DNA from: Candidatus Latescibacterota bacterium
Lineage (GTDB): Bacteria > Latescibacterota > UBA2968 > GCA-2709665
Length of the DNA stretch: 64,000 nucleotides
Assembly: GCA_965226795.1 (NCBI GenBank)
Contig: CBDDDZ010000004.1
Coordinates: 544,001-608,000 of the forward strand
Direction: 5' to 3'
The position numbers and the translations under genes are program-made. The notes beneath the pieces were generated by a model. It made no database searches and had not been told where the DNA came from. It saw nothing but the letters and a program-made list of their open reading frames with translations. Shown here piece after piece: positions 27,722 to 37,834 of this stretch. Numbering within the stretch: position 1 is the stretch's first letter; each line of letters starts with the position of its first letter.

Positions 27722-28516
27722 ATGTCCAGCCATCGACCGATCTATTCCCGGACTCAGGAACGGGAGCGGATTCCTCAAGAGGAGCCCGAATCCCGATCGC
27801 CGGTTCGCATATTACGGTGGATTGTCGTTCTGGCGCTTGTTGGACTACTGCTATTCGGCATTCAGAACGCGTATTCGGCACTCACCGATTCCGACCTTTT
27901 TCGTCTGGACCACATTACCGTGGTGGGCAACCGGCTGTTGAAGGAAAGCGAGGTAGCGGTTCTTTCGGGCCTGAAGATCGGCGTCAACCTTTTTGCGGCC
28001 GATCTTAAAGCGGCGACAAAGCGGTTAGTGGCCGATCCGGCGATAAAGGACGCATTGTTGTTGAGACAACCTCCGGGCGGGTTGCTCATCGAACTGCAAG
28101 AGAGGCGTCCGCTTGCGCTGGCGGCAACTTCGGAAGGGCTGTACGGTCTGGACGAGGATGGCGTGCTCTTTCCGCTCCCGCAGGCGCCTTTTAATCTGCC
28201 GATCGTGACAGGTATTGGAGCGGCCGTGGACTCACCGGGGGTTTACCGGTTTTCCAACCTTGTATCGTTCCTGGAGCAGCTTCGTTCAAAAGTGCCGGCG
28301 TTCCTGGATGAGGTCTCCGAAGTACACCTGGTGTCTGTCACTGAGGCTCGGATCTATCTCGTGGGAGATGGGCTGACACTTCGCATGCGACTTGAAGATG
28401 CGGTCGACCAGGTCCGGCGTTTTGATGCGTTTGTAAAGGCGGGGCCACACAGAATTCAGACATCCGTTTACATCGACCTCCGGTTTTCGAATCAGGTCGT
28501 TGTGGGTACAGGTTAA
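27722..28516 (+). CDS. ftsQ: Cell division protein FtsQ/DivIB
   Basis: TM plus POTRA-like region, ERRPLA, YIDLRF; precedes ftsA. Confidence 0.9.
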   Translation: MSSHRPIYSRTQERERIPQEEPESRSPVRILRWIVVLALVGLLLFGIQNAYSALTDSDLFRLDHITVVGNRLLKESEVAVLSGLKIGVNLFAADLKAATKRLVADPAIKDALLLRQPPGGLLIELQERRPLALAATSEGLYGLDEDGVLFPLPQAPFNLPIVTGIGAAVDSPGVYRFSNLVSFLEQLRSKVPAFLDEVSEVHLVSVTEARIYLVGDGLTLRMRLEDAVDQVRRFDAFVKAGPHRIQTSVYIDLRFSNQVVVGTG

Positions 28517-28573
28517 GGCTTTCGCAAACCCGTACCCAGCACCTGTCCGGCAGTTGTTGGAAAGGAAGTGAGG

Positions 28574-29809
28574 ATGGCCAAAGGGGATCAGATAGTCGGG
28601 ATGGATATTGGAACGACCAAGATTTGTGTGGTCGTGGCCGAGGTGGAAGAAAACGACCATCTCAAGATTACGGGGATCGGCACAAGCCCGTCGAACGGGC
28701 TGAAACGCGGGGTTGTGGTGAATGTGGCCCAAACCGTCCAATCCATCCAACACGCCGTGGAAGAAGCTGAACAGGCTTCGGACGTACGTATCGGGGCGGT
28801 TTACGCCGGCATCGCAGGTGATCACATTCGCAGCCTGAATTGCCGAGGTGTAATCGCGGTATCCGGAACTGATAACGAGATTACCGCTCAGGATGAGGCT
28901 CGTGTGATCGAAACCGCAAAAGCGGTTTCGATTCCTATGGACCGGGAAATTATCCACGTGTTGCCCCAATCGTTTGTGGTGGACGACCAGCCGGGAGTCA
29001 AGAATCCGATTGGAATGTCGGGAGTACGCCTGGAGGCCGACGTGCATATGGTGACTGGCGCCGTGACGTCGGCACAAAATATATGCAAAAGCATCCGAAG
29101 GGCGGGCGTAGAGGTCGTGGATCTCGTGCTGGAGCCGCTGGCATCCAGCTACGCCGTATTGTCACCCGAGGAAGAGGAAATGGGCGTGACGCTGGTCGAC
29201 ATTGGCGGTGGCACAACCGACATCGCGGTATTCTACGACGGGAGCATTCGACATACTGCCGTCTTGGGGCTGGGCGGTGAGAACGTAACCAATGACATAT
29301 CAATCGGATTGAGAACGCCCCTGCGCCAGGCGGAAAACATCAAGCGTTCGCGTGGCTGTTCGTCGCGCTCGTTGGTCGACAAGGACGAGACCATACAAGT
29401 ACCGGGAATTGGCGGCCGGCCCTCCTACGAAGTACCGCGGGAGGAACTGTCTGCGATTATCGAAGCGCGCATGGAGGAAATTTTCACCCTGGTCCATCGG
29501 GAAATCCGCAGGACCGATTACGCCGACCTACTGGCGGCCGGCGTCGTCATTACCGGCGGCGGATCGATGCTCGAGGGGACGGTTGAGCTGGCGGAGGAAG
29601 TGTTTGGAATGCCAGTCAGTGTCGGCAATCCGAACGGCGTGACCGGCCTGTCGGACGATGTCTTCGCGCCCATTTACGCTACCGGGGTCGGTCTGGTGAA
29701 ATTCGGCCTGCAGCAACGGGAATTCGGCGGCGCGTTAAGGGTCGGCGGCAATGACTCTTTCGGATCGATTCTTGGCAGGATGAAGGCGTGGGTGAAGGAC
29801 TTTTTCTAA
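28574..29809 (+). CDS. ftsA: Cell division protein FtsA
   Basis: DIGTTKI, DIGGGTTD, TGGGS, C-terminal amphipathic helix. Confidence 0.97.
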   Translation: MAKGDQIVGMDIGTTKICVVVAEVEENDHLKITGIGTSPSNGLKRGVVVNVAQTVQSIQHAVEEAEQASDVRIGAVYAGIAGDHIRSLNCRGVIAVSGTDNEITAQDEARVIETAKAVSIPMDREIIHVLPQSFVVDDQPGVKNPIGMSGVRLEADVHMVTGAVTSAQNICKSIRRAGVEVVDLVLEPLASSYAVLSPEEEEMGVTLVDIGGGTTDIAVFYDGSIRHTAVLGLGGENVTNDISIGLRTPLRQAENIKRSRGCSSRSLVDKDETIQVPGIGGRPSYEVPREELSAIIEARMEEIFTLVHREIRRTDYADLLAAGVVITGGGSMLEGTVELAEEVFGMPVSVGNPNGVTGLSDDVFAPIYATGVGLVKFGLQQREFGGALRVGGNDSFGSILGRMKAWVKDFF

Positions 29810-29919
29810 AGAGAACGACGGCCGGGTCCGGCCGGATTCACAACAAACCGGCATTTCAACGGATGGGTCGACCGAAGGGGTTTGCCCGCTCCACAACGCG
29901 AATTGACAGGAGAAGCTAA

Positions 29920-31083
29920 ATGGTGACATTTTCGATTGTTGACAATGACAATCAGGCGAAGATGCGGGTTGTGGGGGTAGGCGGTGCCGGGGGCAACGCG
30001 GTGAATCGGATGATCGCAACGGACCTCAAGGGTGTGGAGTTTATCGCGGTCAATTCGGATCTGCAGGATCTGGATAAATCCGAAGCATCAAAACGTGTAC
30101 AGATCGGTCAGGCGATTACAAAAGGGCTTGGCGCGGGCGCCAATCCGGAAATCGGACGGCAGGCCATGGAGGAAGACCGGGACCACGTCACGGAACTGCT
30201 GGCCGGTTCGGACATGGTTTTCATAACTGCCGGTATGGGTGGCGGTACAGGTACGGGCGCTGCGCCGGTGGTGGCCGAGATCGCAAGAGAAGTTGGCGCG
30301 CTGACGGTGGGCATCGTGACAAAGCCGTTCAAAATGGAGGGCGTACCCCGGTTACGCAACGCCGAGATGGGCATCGCTCAGCTGAAGGATTCCGTGGATA
30401 CGCTCATCGTAATTCCAAACCAGCGTCTTCTGGACATTTGTTCCGAGGACACGACGCTCCGCGAAGCGTTTAGAGTGGCCGACGACGTTCTGCTACAGGC
30501 CACGCGCGGGATTTCGGATCTGATTGCGATTCCGGGCGAGGTCAATCTGGATTTCAACGACGTGCGTACGGTAATGCAACAGGGCGGAGACGCGTTGATG
30601 GGAACCGGCATGGCCAAGGGGGAAGGCCGTGCGATTCATGCAGCCGAGGCAGCCATCAGGAGCCCCTTGCTGGAAGAACTGTCCATTGATGGCGCAAGGT
30701 GCGTGCTGGTAAATATCGCAGCCGGGAGTGAATTGAAGCTGTTCGAAGTGGACCAATCGGTATCTACCGTTACAAAAGCAGTTGGCCCAGAGGCGAATAT
30801 TATCTGGGGTACCGTGTTGGATGATGCACTCAGCGATGAACTTCGGATAACGGTGATTGCCACCGGTTTCTCCAGGGAAGAGGATCTCGTTGGAACGAAA
30901 ACGCGGCGGGTTCCGACGGACAACCCTCTCGGCCTCGACGTGCCTGCGTATATGCGCAAAGCCGACAACGCCGAGGCGACGGAGCCGCAGGTCGCGCCGG
31001 AGGAAAACGTAGACCGGGACATCTCACTGGACGACCTGGAAATACCGTCGTTTCTGAGGCGTCGTCTGAAGGATACGGCCTGA
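29920..31083 (+). CDS. ftsZ: Cell division protein FtsZ
   Basis: GVGGAGGNAV, GGGTGTG, NLDFND, LEIPSFLRR tail. Confidence 0.98.
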   Translation: MVTFSIVDNDNQAKMRVVGVGGAGGNAVNRMIATDLKGVEFIAVNSDLQDLDKSEASKRVQIGQAITKGLGAGANPEIGRQAMEEDRDHVTELLAGSDMVFITAGMGGGTGTGAAPVVAEIAREVGALTVGIVTKPFKMEGVPRLRNAEMGIAQLKDSVDTLIVIPNQRLLDICSEDTTLREAFRVADDVLLQATRGISDLIAIPGEVNLDFNDVRTVMQQGGDALMGTGMAKGEGRAIHAAEAAIRSPLLEELSIDGARCVLVNIAAGSELKLFEVDQSVSTVTKAVGPEANIIWGTVLDDALSDELRITVIATGFSREEDLVGTKTRRVPTDNPLGLDVPAYMRKADNAEATEPQVAPEENVDRDISLDDLEIPSFLRRRLKDTA

Positions 31084-31135
31084 CCCACGCTACTCCCCAG
31101 GGTATGTTTTTTCGGGATGACAGAGGACCAAGGGC

Positions 31136-32125
31136 ATGGAGACCGTGCGATGGGGTATGGTGGGTTGTGGCGACGTCACGGAGGTGAAGAGCGGGCCTGG
31201 ATTTCAGAATGCGAACGCGTCCAGGCTGGTGGCGGTGATGCGGCGGGATGTCGACAAGGCAGCGGATTACGCGAACAGACACGGCGTGCCGCGGTTTTAC
31301 GGACAGGCAGAGGCATTGATTGAGGATGCCGAAGTCGACGCCTTGTATGTAGCAACCCCGCCTTCGTCGCATCTTGACCTGGCGCTTAAGGTTGCGCACG
31401 CCGAAAAGCCGTGTCTTGTGGAAAAACCCATGGCGATGAATCACTTTGAGTGCCAGCAGATGGTGGCGGCCTTCCGAAAGATAGGACGGCCGCTTTTTGT
31501 GGCGTATTACAGGCGGGCGCTGCCTCGATTCCTGCGCGTTCGTGAGCTGCTGCGGGAAGGAGCGGTCGGCGAGTTGAGTTCAGTACACATCACGCACTAT
31601 GATCCCCTTGCCTGCGCTGACGAAGCGAGTGGCTGGCGTTACAGGCCGGAAATCTCGGGAGGTGGGTTGTTTATGGATTTGGGTTCTCACGGTCTGGATT
31701 TGCTGGATTTTCTCGTAAGTCCGATCAAACGGGTTTGGGGATGTGCAGCGAACACGAGCGGCGCCTACGAGGCCGAGGACGTGGTTGCGGCCAGCTTTGA
31801 ATTTGAATCAGGGATTGTGGGAACGGGCATTTGGAATTTCAATGCGGATTTTTCCGAAGACCGAATGACGTTCACCGGCTCGGACGGGGAATTGCATTGT
31901 CCGGTTTTTTCGGACACCGATATTCTGGTCAGGAAAGGCGGCGTAACGACGGCTCTGGAATACAGGAATCCTACCCATGTACATCAGCCGCTGATACAGA
32001 CGGCGGTGGATGAACTCCTGGGCAGGGGAACGTGCGAGTCAACCGGCGAGAGCGCGGCGCGAACCGGCCGGGTGATGGACCGATGTTTGAAATCGTACTA
32101 CGAAGAACGAATTGCTACGTCGTAG
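31136..32125 (+). CDS. Gfo/Idh/MocA oxidoreductase
   Basis: WGMVGCG, EKPMA, GGLFMDLGSH. Confidence 0.92.
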   Translation: METVRWGMVGCGDVTEVKSGPGFQNANASRLVAVMRRDVDKAADYANRHGVPRFYGQAEALIEDAEVDALYVATPPSSHLDLALKVAHAEKPCLVEKPMAMNHFECQQMVAAFRKIGRPLFVAYYRRALPRFLRVRELLREGAVGELSSVHITHYDPLACADEASGWRYRPEISGGGLFMDLGSHGLDLLDFLVSPIKRVWGCAANTSGAYEAEDVVAASFEFESGIVGTGIWNFNADFSEDRMTFTGSDGELHCPVFSDTDILVRKGGVTTALEYRNPTHVHQPLIQTAVDELLGRGTCESTGESAARTGRVMDRCLKSYYEERIATS

Positions 32126-32206
32126 GGGGTCCTTTTATCGGGGACACGTACACGTCAGGTTCGAAATCCCGAGGTGCCTCCGGACAAGAACCGGCCTGCC
32201 AGAAGG

Positions 32207-33304
32207 TCAGGCGGTTTTCCCCGTTTGAAGATATGCCTTCAGCGCGGACGGATCCATCCCTGCAATGCCCAGTTCACGAACGTCTCTACCGGAGACCCAG
32301 CCGTCCACTCCGATGACGATCGATCCGATGTCGACCATCGCGCGCATTGTGGGAGCGGGTACATCGTACTGGGCACCGACCGAGTGCCAGGCGGCCAGAC
32401 CATAGGGGATGTCTTCGGTAAGCCAACGGCTTTCCAGGGAGCCGGGTGCTTTTAGACGGGTGAGCATGTAGCTGCCGTTGATGGTGGCCCAGAGATCGCC
32501 TCCCGGTCCGAAGCCGGCGCGATGAAATGCGACATTCGCCGGGCATAGGTCGTAACCGAGTCGCCTGGCAATTGCACGGCGTTCGTTGTCCACCTGCGTG
32601 ATCACGCTGGCCACGGCGGGGGTTACGCCCTCTTCGTAAAAGTAGAATTCACCACGGGAATATTCCACTCGGCCGGCGTTCAGGAGGACACCGGCGGGAT
32701 GGACCACCGGATTCATTGCGGCCAGGCCGCACGCCATCACGTCCGGATATCCCGTTATGCCAGGAAAGAGGGAATCCAACCGTCCCCGCACAAGTTCGAA
32801 CTCGCTGGCCGGCAATACGCCCAGACCCAGGCCGGTGACGGTGCCCCAAATGGTGGCGGTGTCCGGCGCCGTCTTCCTGCAAACGAACGGCGCAGTGTCC
32901 ACTTCGGCGAGAACGACGCCCTCGGTGCCGGCCTCGCGGAGGATGCGCGCCCATTCGAGGGTCCCGAGGGTGCCGGGCATGATGACGACGGTCTGACCCG
33001 GTCGCAGGTGCGGGGCGCAGACTTCGGCAAAGGGTTTGTGCGCGTACGCCGGTACGATGAGCAGGATGACATCCGGTGATTCAAGGGCTTCCCGGATATC
33101 AGTGGTGATGCGATGGATCCTGGCCTGACCCTGTCCACCTACGCCGAGCAGATGGATGATTCCGTCGTTAACAACAGGATCCAGAGATTCCTTAAATTCG
33201 GGAATCTCGTAGAGCGTAATCTCAAAGCCCTTCAAGCTGAGGTTGGCAGCCACGGCAAAGGCCGTGTTGCCGCCGCCGAGAACGGTTACGGATTTCAGGG
33301 ACAT
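32207..33304 (-). CDS. NAD/NADP-dependent opine (octopine/nopaline) dehydrogenase family
   Basis: LGGGNTA Rossmann motif, NPVVHP, FYFYEEG, RWLTEDIPYGL. Confidence 0.88.
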   Translation of the reverse strand: MSLKSVTVLGGGNTAFAVAANLSLKGFEITLYEIPEFKESLDPVVNDGIIHLLGVGGQGQARIHRITTDIREALESPDVILLIVPAYAHKPFAEVCAPHLRPGQTVVIMPGTLGTLEWARILREAGTEGVVLAEVDTAPFVCRKTAPDTATIWGTVTGLGLGVLPASEFELVRGRLDSLFPGITGYPDVMACGLAAMNPVVHPAGVLLNAGRVEYSRGEFYFYEEGVTPAVASVITQVDNERRAIARRLGYDLCPANVAFHRAGFGPGGDLWATINGSYMLTRLKAPGSLESRWLTEDIPYGLAAWHSVGAQYDVPAPTMRAMVDIGSIVIGVDGWVSGRDVRELGIAGMDPSALKAYLQTGKTA

Positions 33305-33593
33305 TACTTACGCCTCTTAAGTGGACTAGCGTGAAACATAAATGGAATTGTCATTGATTTGCATCCGGACTTGCGAACCAATCTGCTGTTCACGTCAGGC
33401 ACAAATATAAACTCGCGGCCGTCGACGGACAAGGCCGGATTCGTTCAAAACCGCTGTCGATCCCAACTGACGAGTCAACCGTTTCATCCGCGCCTTCATG
33501 CTGAAATTCGGGATGGGATTCCCTTAAGGGCCGCCTGAGCCGGCGGGATGCCATATGCTCTTCCGCCGGTTCCAAAACGAGGAGGGACGAATT

Positions 33594-34103
33594 TTGCCCT
33601 ACCAGGACCATAAAAAGCAGGCACAGGGTGCCGTAAGCTGCGCCGTACTCACCATCAGCGACACGCGCACAGAAGCCGACGACAAGAGTGGCAGGATTAT
33701 ACGGGATCTGCTCGAAACCGGTGGTCACACGACTGGTTTTTACCAGGTCGTCCCGGACGACCCGGCCCGCATCCGCGACCTGATCATCCAGATTACTGAC
33801 AGAGGTGATTGTCAGGCGATTCTGACCAGCGGCGGCACGGGCATCGCGGCCCGGGATACGACCTACGAAGCCGTGGTCGGTCTGCTTGAAAAACAGCTGG
33901 ACGGTTTCGGTGAACTCTTCCGCTATTTGAGCTGGGATGACATCGGCTCCGGCGCCATGCTCTCTCGCGCCGTCGCCGGAGTCTACCGCGACACGATGAT
34001 TTTCTGCATGCCCGGGTCCTCCGGCGCCGTACGCCTCGCGATGGATAAATTGGTGGTTCCCGAACTTTCGCACCTGGTCTGGGAAATCTGGCGCCAGAAA
34101 TAG
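33594..34103 (+). CDS. moaB: Molybdenum cofactor biosynthesis protein MoaB/Mog
   Basis: TISDTRT..DDKSG, GGTGIAARDTT, SRA.AG, MPGS. Confidence 0.9.
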   Translation: MPYQDHKKQAQGAVSCAVLTISDTRTEADDKSGRIIRDLLETGGHTTGFYQVVPDDPARIRDLIIQITDRGDCQAILTSGGTGIAARDTTYEAVVGLLEKQLDGFGELFRYLSWDDIGSGAMLSRAVAGVYRDTMIFCMPGSSGAVRLAMDKLVVPELSHLVWEIWRQK

Positions 34104-34311
34104 CGCTCCGTCACCCGGATCGGCGGGAGCCCTGACTCACCCTAATGGCGTTTTCCACCACGCTTACGAATTCTGGCATAGCTTGTACGACTTCGCCCGA
34201 ATATGCCCGATTTCAGGCATCCCCTGGGTAAACTCCACCGCTTATTTATTCCGAAAGACGGCGTCTGGACGTGTTCGCCTGATACTCTTCACCTGTAAAT
34301 TAAGGGATGCC

Positions 34312-35655
34312 ATGCTCACACGCGCGATCCATGTCCTTGCGCTGCTTGTCTTCGTCGCCTGCGCGCGATTCGTCCGAACCCACGAAGCCGGATTTCCCCG
34401 TCAACACAACGCGTCTTACGACACGGCCGCCCACGATGCCCGTCCCTCTCCCGTGCCGGACCGCATTGTACTTACATGGTCCGGCGATCCCGCCAATTCA
34501 CAGGCAGTTACCTGGCGAACCGACGCAACCGACTCCGTAGCCGTCGTCGAAATTGCCCCCGCCACGGCATCTCCCCGGTTCATGCTCAATGCTCGAAAGA
34601 TCCAGGCGCACACAAAGTCCGTCACGACGGAAAACGGCTCCTCACACTATCATTCCGCAGTCATTGGCGACCTCCAGCCTGGTACCCTCTACGCGTACCG
34701 CGTAGGAAACGGCGACATGTGGAGCGAATGGTTTCAATTCCGGACGGCCATGGATGAACCCGCACCCTTTTCCTTCATCTACCTCGGCGACGCCCAGAAC
34801 AATATCCTGTCGCTCTGGTCCCGCACCATCCGTGCCGCCTATGCGAACGCGCCACACGCAAGCTTCATTCTACACGCCGGCGACCTGGTCAACCGCGCCA
34901 ACAGCGACGGCGAGTGGAGTGAATGGTTCCGGGCCGGCGCCTTTCTCCATGCAACCATCAACGCCGTTCCCACTCCGGGTAACCACGAATACGCCAAGGA
35001 CCAGCAGGGCGTACGTCGCCTTTCCCGCCTCTGGCGCCCCCATTTCACACTGCCTCAAAACGGCCCCGAAGGCCTGGAAGAGACCGTTTATTATATAGAC
35101 TACCAGGGCGCCCGCATCATCTCCCTCAATTCCAACGAAGAACGCGGCGACCAGGTACTCTGGCTGGAAACCGTCCTCCGGGAAAATTCGAACCGATGGA
35201 CACTTGTCACGTTCCATCATCCAGTCTACGCCACGGGAGAAGGCAGGGACAACAAAACGTTGCGTGACCTGTGGAAACCATTGTTCGACAGATACCGGGT
35301 AGACCTCGTACTACAGGGACACGACCACACCTACGGCCGCGGTTCCAATCTCCCAACGGGCGCCATTGCCCGTAACGACGGAGACGGCACCGTCTACGTC
35401 GTCTCCGTGAGCGGACCTAAACAGTACAAACTCAAGTCAAAACGGTGGTGGCGACGCGCCGCCGAAAACACCCAGCTCTACCAGACCATCGAGGTGGACG
35501 GGGACACCCTGCGGTACGAAGCCCGAACGGCCACGTCCGAACTCTACGACGCATTCGACCTCATCAAACAAAAGGACGCTCCCAACATGCTCGTGGACCG
35601 CATACCAGACACCCCTGCACGCACTCACCGAAACACCATCGGTGATCGAGACTAG
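34312..35655 (+). CDS. Purple acid phosphatase-like metallophosphoesterase with N-terminal FN3-like domain
   Basis: GDAQ, AGDLVN, GNHEY, HHP, GHDH. Confidence 0.9.
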   Translation: MLTRAIHVLALLVFVACARFVRTHEAGFPRQHNASYDTAAHDARPSPVPDRIVLTWSGDPANSQAVTWRTDATDSVAVVEIAPATASPRFMLNARKIQAHTKSVTTENGSSHYHSAVIGDLQPGTLYAYRVGNGDMWSEWFQFRTAMDEPAPFSFIYLGDAQNNILSLWSRTIRAAYANAPHASFILHAGDLVNRANSDGEWSEWFRAGAFLHATINAVPTPGNHEYAKDQQGVRRLSRLWRPHFTLPQNGPEGLEETVYYIDYQGARIISLNSNEERGDQVLWLETVLRENSNRWTLVTFHHPVYATGEGRDNKTLRDLWKPLFDRYRVDLVLQGHDHTYGRGSNLPTGAIARNDGDGTVYVVSVSGPKQYKLKSKRWWRRAAENTQLYQTIEVDGDTLRYEARTATSELYDAFDLIKQKDAPNMLVDRIPDTPARTHRNTIGDRD

Positions 35656-35882
35656 CCGCACGTCCGCGAACCACGCTTCGGCAATGTCCGCACCGTGTAT
35701 ATTGGCGCCCTCAGGCACTGCCGATGCGACGGTCCGATGTATCCGACGAGGCATGGATCGCAGCCCGCCCTGCCAGCGGTTGATTCGCGTCTCCTTTCGT
35801 GGTTCGAATCCGGCCTTAAACCCATCATTCACGTATATTGACTTCTGTTCAAGCAGCGGGCGCCGAAGGGCCGGGAGGGCCT

Positions 35883-36836
35883 ATGTCAAGGGTGGGGCTG
35901 ATCGCGCATCCTGATTTTTCGCAGCATGAAACCGGTTCCGGGCACCCGGAACGACCTGAGAGGCTCCACGCAATCCAAAGACGATTGGATGAAACCGGTC
36001 TCCAAGGCCGGCTCTTTGACATCGCGCCGAGAATGCTTGAAGCCGGCTGGCTGGAGAAAGTCCACACTTCCCGGCATATCGCCGATGTACAACGCCGGTG
36101 CGAACAGAACATGCGCCTCATGGACGCAGCCGACACCTTTATATGCCCTGCATCCTTCAACGTTGGCCGTCTCGCGGCAGGTGCAGCCTGCGAGGCGGTT
36201 GACGCCGTCATGAATAGCCGTGCCGACGCCGTATTCTGCGCCACGCGTCCACCGGGCCATCATGCGGAACGCGACACGGCGATGGGCTTCTGCCTGTTCA
36301 ACAACGTGGCCGTCGCCGCGCGATACATCCAGTCTGCCCACCGTCTGGAACGTATCCTCATCGTTGACTGGGACGTGCATCACGGAAACGGTACGCAGCA
36401 CATCTTCGAAGAAGACCCCACCGTTTTCTACTTCAGTACCCATCAGTACCCCCACTATCCGTGGTTTAGCGGCAGCGGCGGCGAAATGGGAATCGGCGCA
36501 GGTAAAGGAGCGAACCTGAACGCGCCCCTGCCCGCCGGGGCGGGCGACGAACAATACCTTCGCGCGTTCGACGAACTACTGGCCCCGGCAATGGAACGTT
36601 TCCGCCCGGAATTCGTCATCGTCTCCGCGGGATTCGACGCGCACGTCGACGACCCCCTGTCCGCCACACAGGTCACCGAAGAAGGATTCGCCGAAATGAC
36701 GCGCCGGGCACAGAAAATCGCAAGGATCTACGCCAACGATCATCTGATTTCGGTTCTGGAAGGCGGCTACGACCTCAACGGCCTCGCCCGTAGCGTCGAA
36801 TACCACTTAAGCGCCCTTTTGGAAAACGGTGAGTAG
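35883..36836 (+). CDS. Histone deacetylase family protein
   Basis: HPERPERL, RPPGHHA, GFCLFNN, DWDVHHGNGTQ, LEGGY. Confidence 0.95.
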   Translation: MSRVGLIAHPDFSQHETGSGHPERPERLHAIQRRLDETGLQGRLFDIAPRMLEAGWLEKVHTSRHIADVQRRCEQNMRLMDAADTFICPASFNVGRLAAGAACEAVDAVMNSRADAVFCATRPPGHHAERDTAMGFCLFNNVAVAARYIQSAHRLERILIVDWDVHHGNGTQHIFEEDPTVFYFSTHQYPHYPWFSGSGGEMGIGAGKGANLNAPLPAGAGDEQYLRAFDELLAPAMERFRPEFVIVSAGFDAHVDDPLSATQVTEEGFAEMTRRAQKIARIYANDHLISVLEGGYDLNGLARSVEYHLSALLENGE

Positions 36837-36964
36837 ACTGCAGCTATTCTGATTCCGATCACGTGCCGGCGGAACCTTTAACTCGATTCAGTCGTCTACT
36901 ACTTCGACTGCCCGCACTTCGGCCGTCATCGGTCGTTTGCGTCGAACCCGTCCATGGAGGTTCA

Positions 36965-37834
36965 GTGAACACAAACGATCCCGTTGTTGCATTCCAGGGA
37001 GAAATGGGCGCCTTCAGCGAAATGGCCACCCGCAGTTACTTCTACGAGAACGTCCATGTGGCCCCACAGCCCGATTTCGAAGGCCTATTCAACGCGGTTT
37101 CCGGCGGCGTATGCACGCACGGCATGGTACCCATAGAGAATTCCCTCATGGGAAGCATCCACGAAAACTACGATCTGCTCCTCCGGCAGGATCTCTACAT
37201 CGTGGGCGAAATCAAGCTGCGCATCGTACACAACCTCATTGTCAATCCCGGCGTCAGGATGGAAGACGTCAGACAGATCTACTCACAGGCGCCTGCCCTG
37301 GCGCAGTGTACCGAGTTCATTCGATCCACGAAAGGTGTCGAAGCTGTCGCTGCCCACGACACGGCCGGCGCCGTCAAACAGATCAAGGAAGAGAACGCAA
37401 GAGATGCCGCTGCCATCGCCAGCGCACAGGCGGCCATCGACTACGACCTGGAAATCCTTCGGGAGGGTCTTGAAAACGACCATCGGAATTACACCCGGTT
37501 TCTGGTCGTTGCCTCCGAACCTGCTGAACCCGTCGAACCCGCAAAAACCACCGTCGTCTATGCACTGGATCACATCCCCGGTGCCCTTTTCAAAAGTCTG
37601 GGCGTATTTGCGATGCGGGATATCAACCTGCTAAAAATCGAATCGCGCCCGTTAAGCGGCCGGCCCTGGGAGTATGTCTTCTACCTGGATTTTGAAGGCC
37701 ACCTGTCAAGTGAAAAAATCCGAAAGGCGGTTGAGCACCTCGAACAAATGGCCAGCTTCCTCAAAATCCTCGGCTCCTACACCCATGGCAAGACTGTCGA
37801 AGGCAGTTTGCGGGAAAAGAGGGTAGCACCATGA
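36965..37834 (+). CDS. pheA: Prephenate dehydratase (monofunctional, with ACT domain)
   Basis: FQGEMGAFS, PIENS, NYTRF, IESRP; GGAGG before GTG 36965. Confidence 0.93.
   Translation: MNTNDPVVAFQGEMGAFSEMATRSYFYENVHVAPQPDFEGLFNAVSGGVCTHGMVPIENSLMGSIHENYDLLLRQDLYIVGEIKLRIVHNLIVNPGVRMEDVRQIYSQAPALAQCTEFIRSTKGVEAVAAHDTAGAVKQIKEENARDAAAIASAQAAIDYDLEILREGLENDHRNYTRFLVVASEPAEPVEPAKTTVVYALDHIPGALFKSLGVFAMRDINLLKIESRPLSGRPWEYVFYLDFEGHLSSEKIRKAVEHLEQMASFLKILGSYTHGKTVEGSLREKRVAP

Noticed and set aside
33331..33358. dif site at the skew switch (GTGAAACATAA-ATGGAA-TTGTCATTGAT)
   Set aside because: One arm only partly resembles the XerD arm and the other matches XerC poorly; not supportable without a profile search.
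33305..33593. Moco riboswitch upstream of moaB
   Set aside because: I could not identify the conserved motif or helices by eye.
35790..35820. tRNA suggested by GGTTCGAATCC
   Set aside because: No acceptor stem, D arm or anticodon arm could be built. The same holds for T-loop-like strings near 1455 and 32160.
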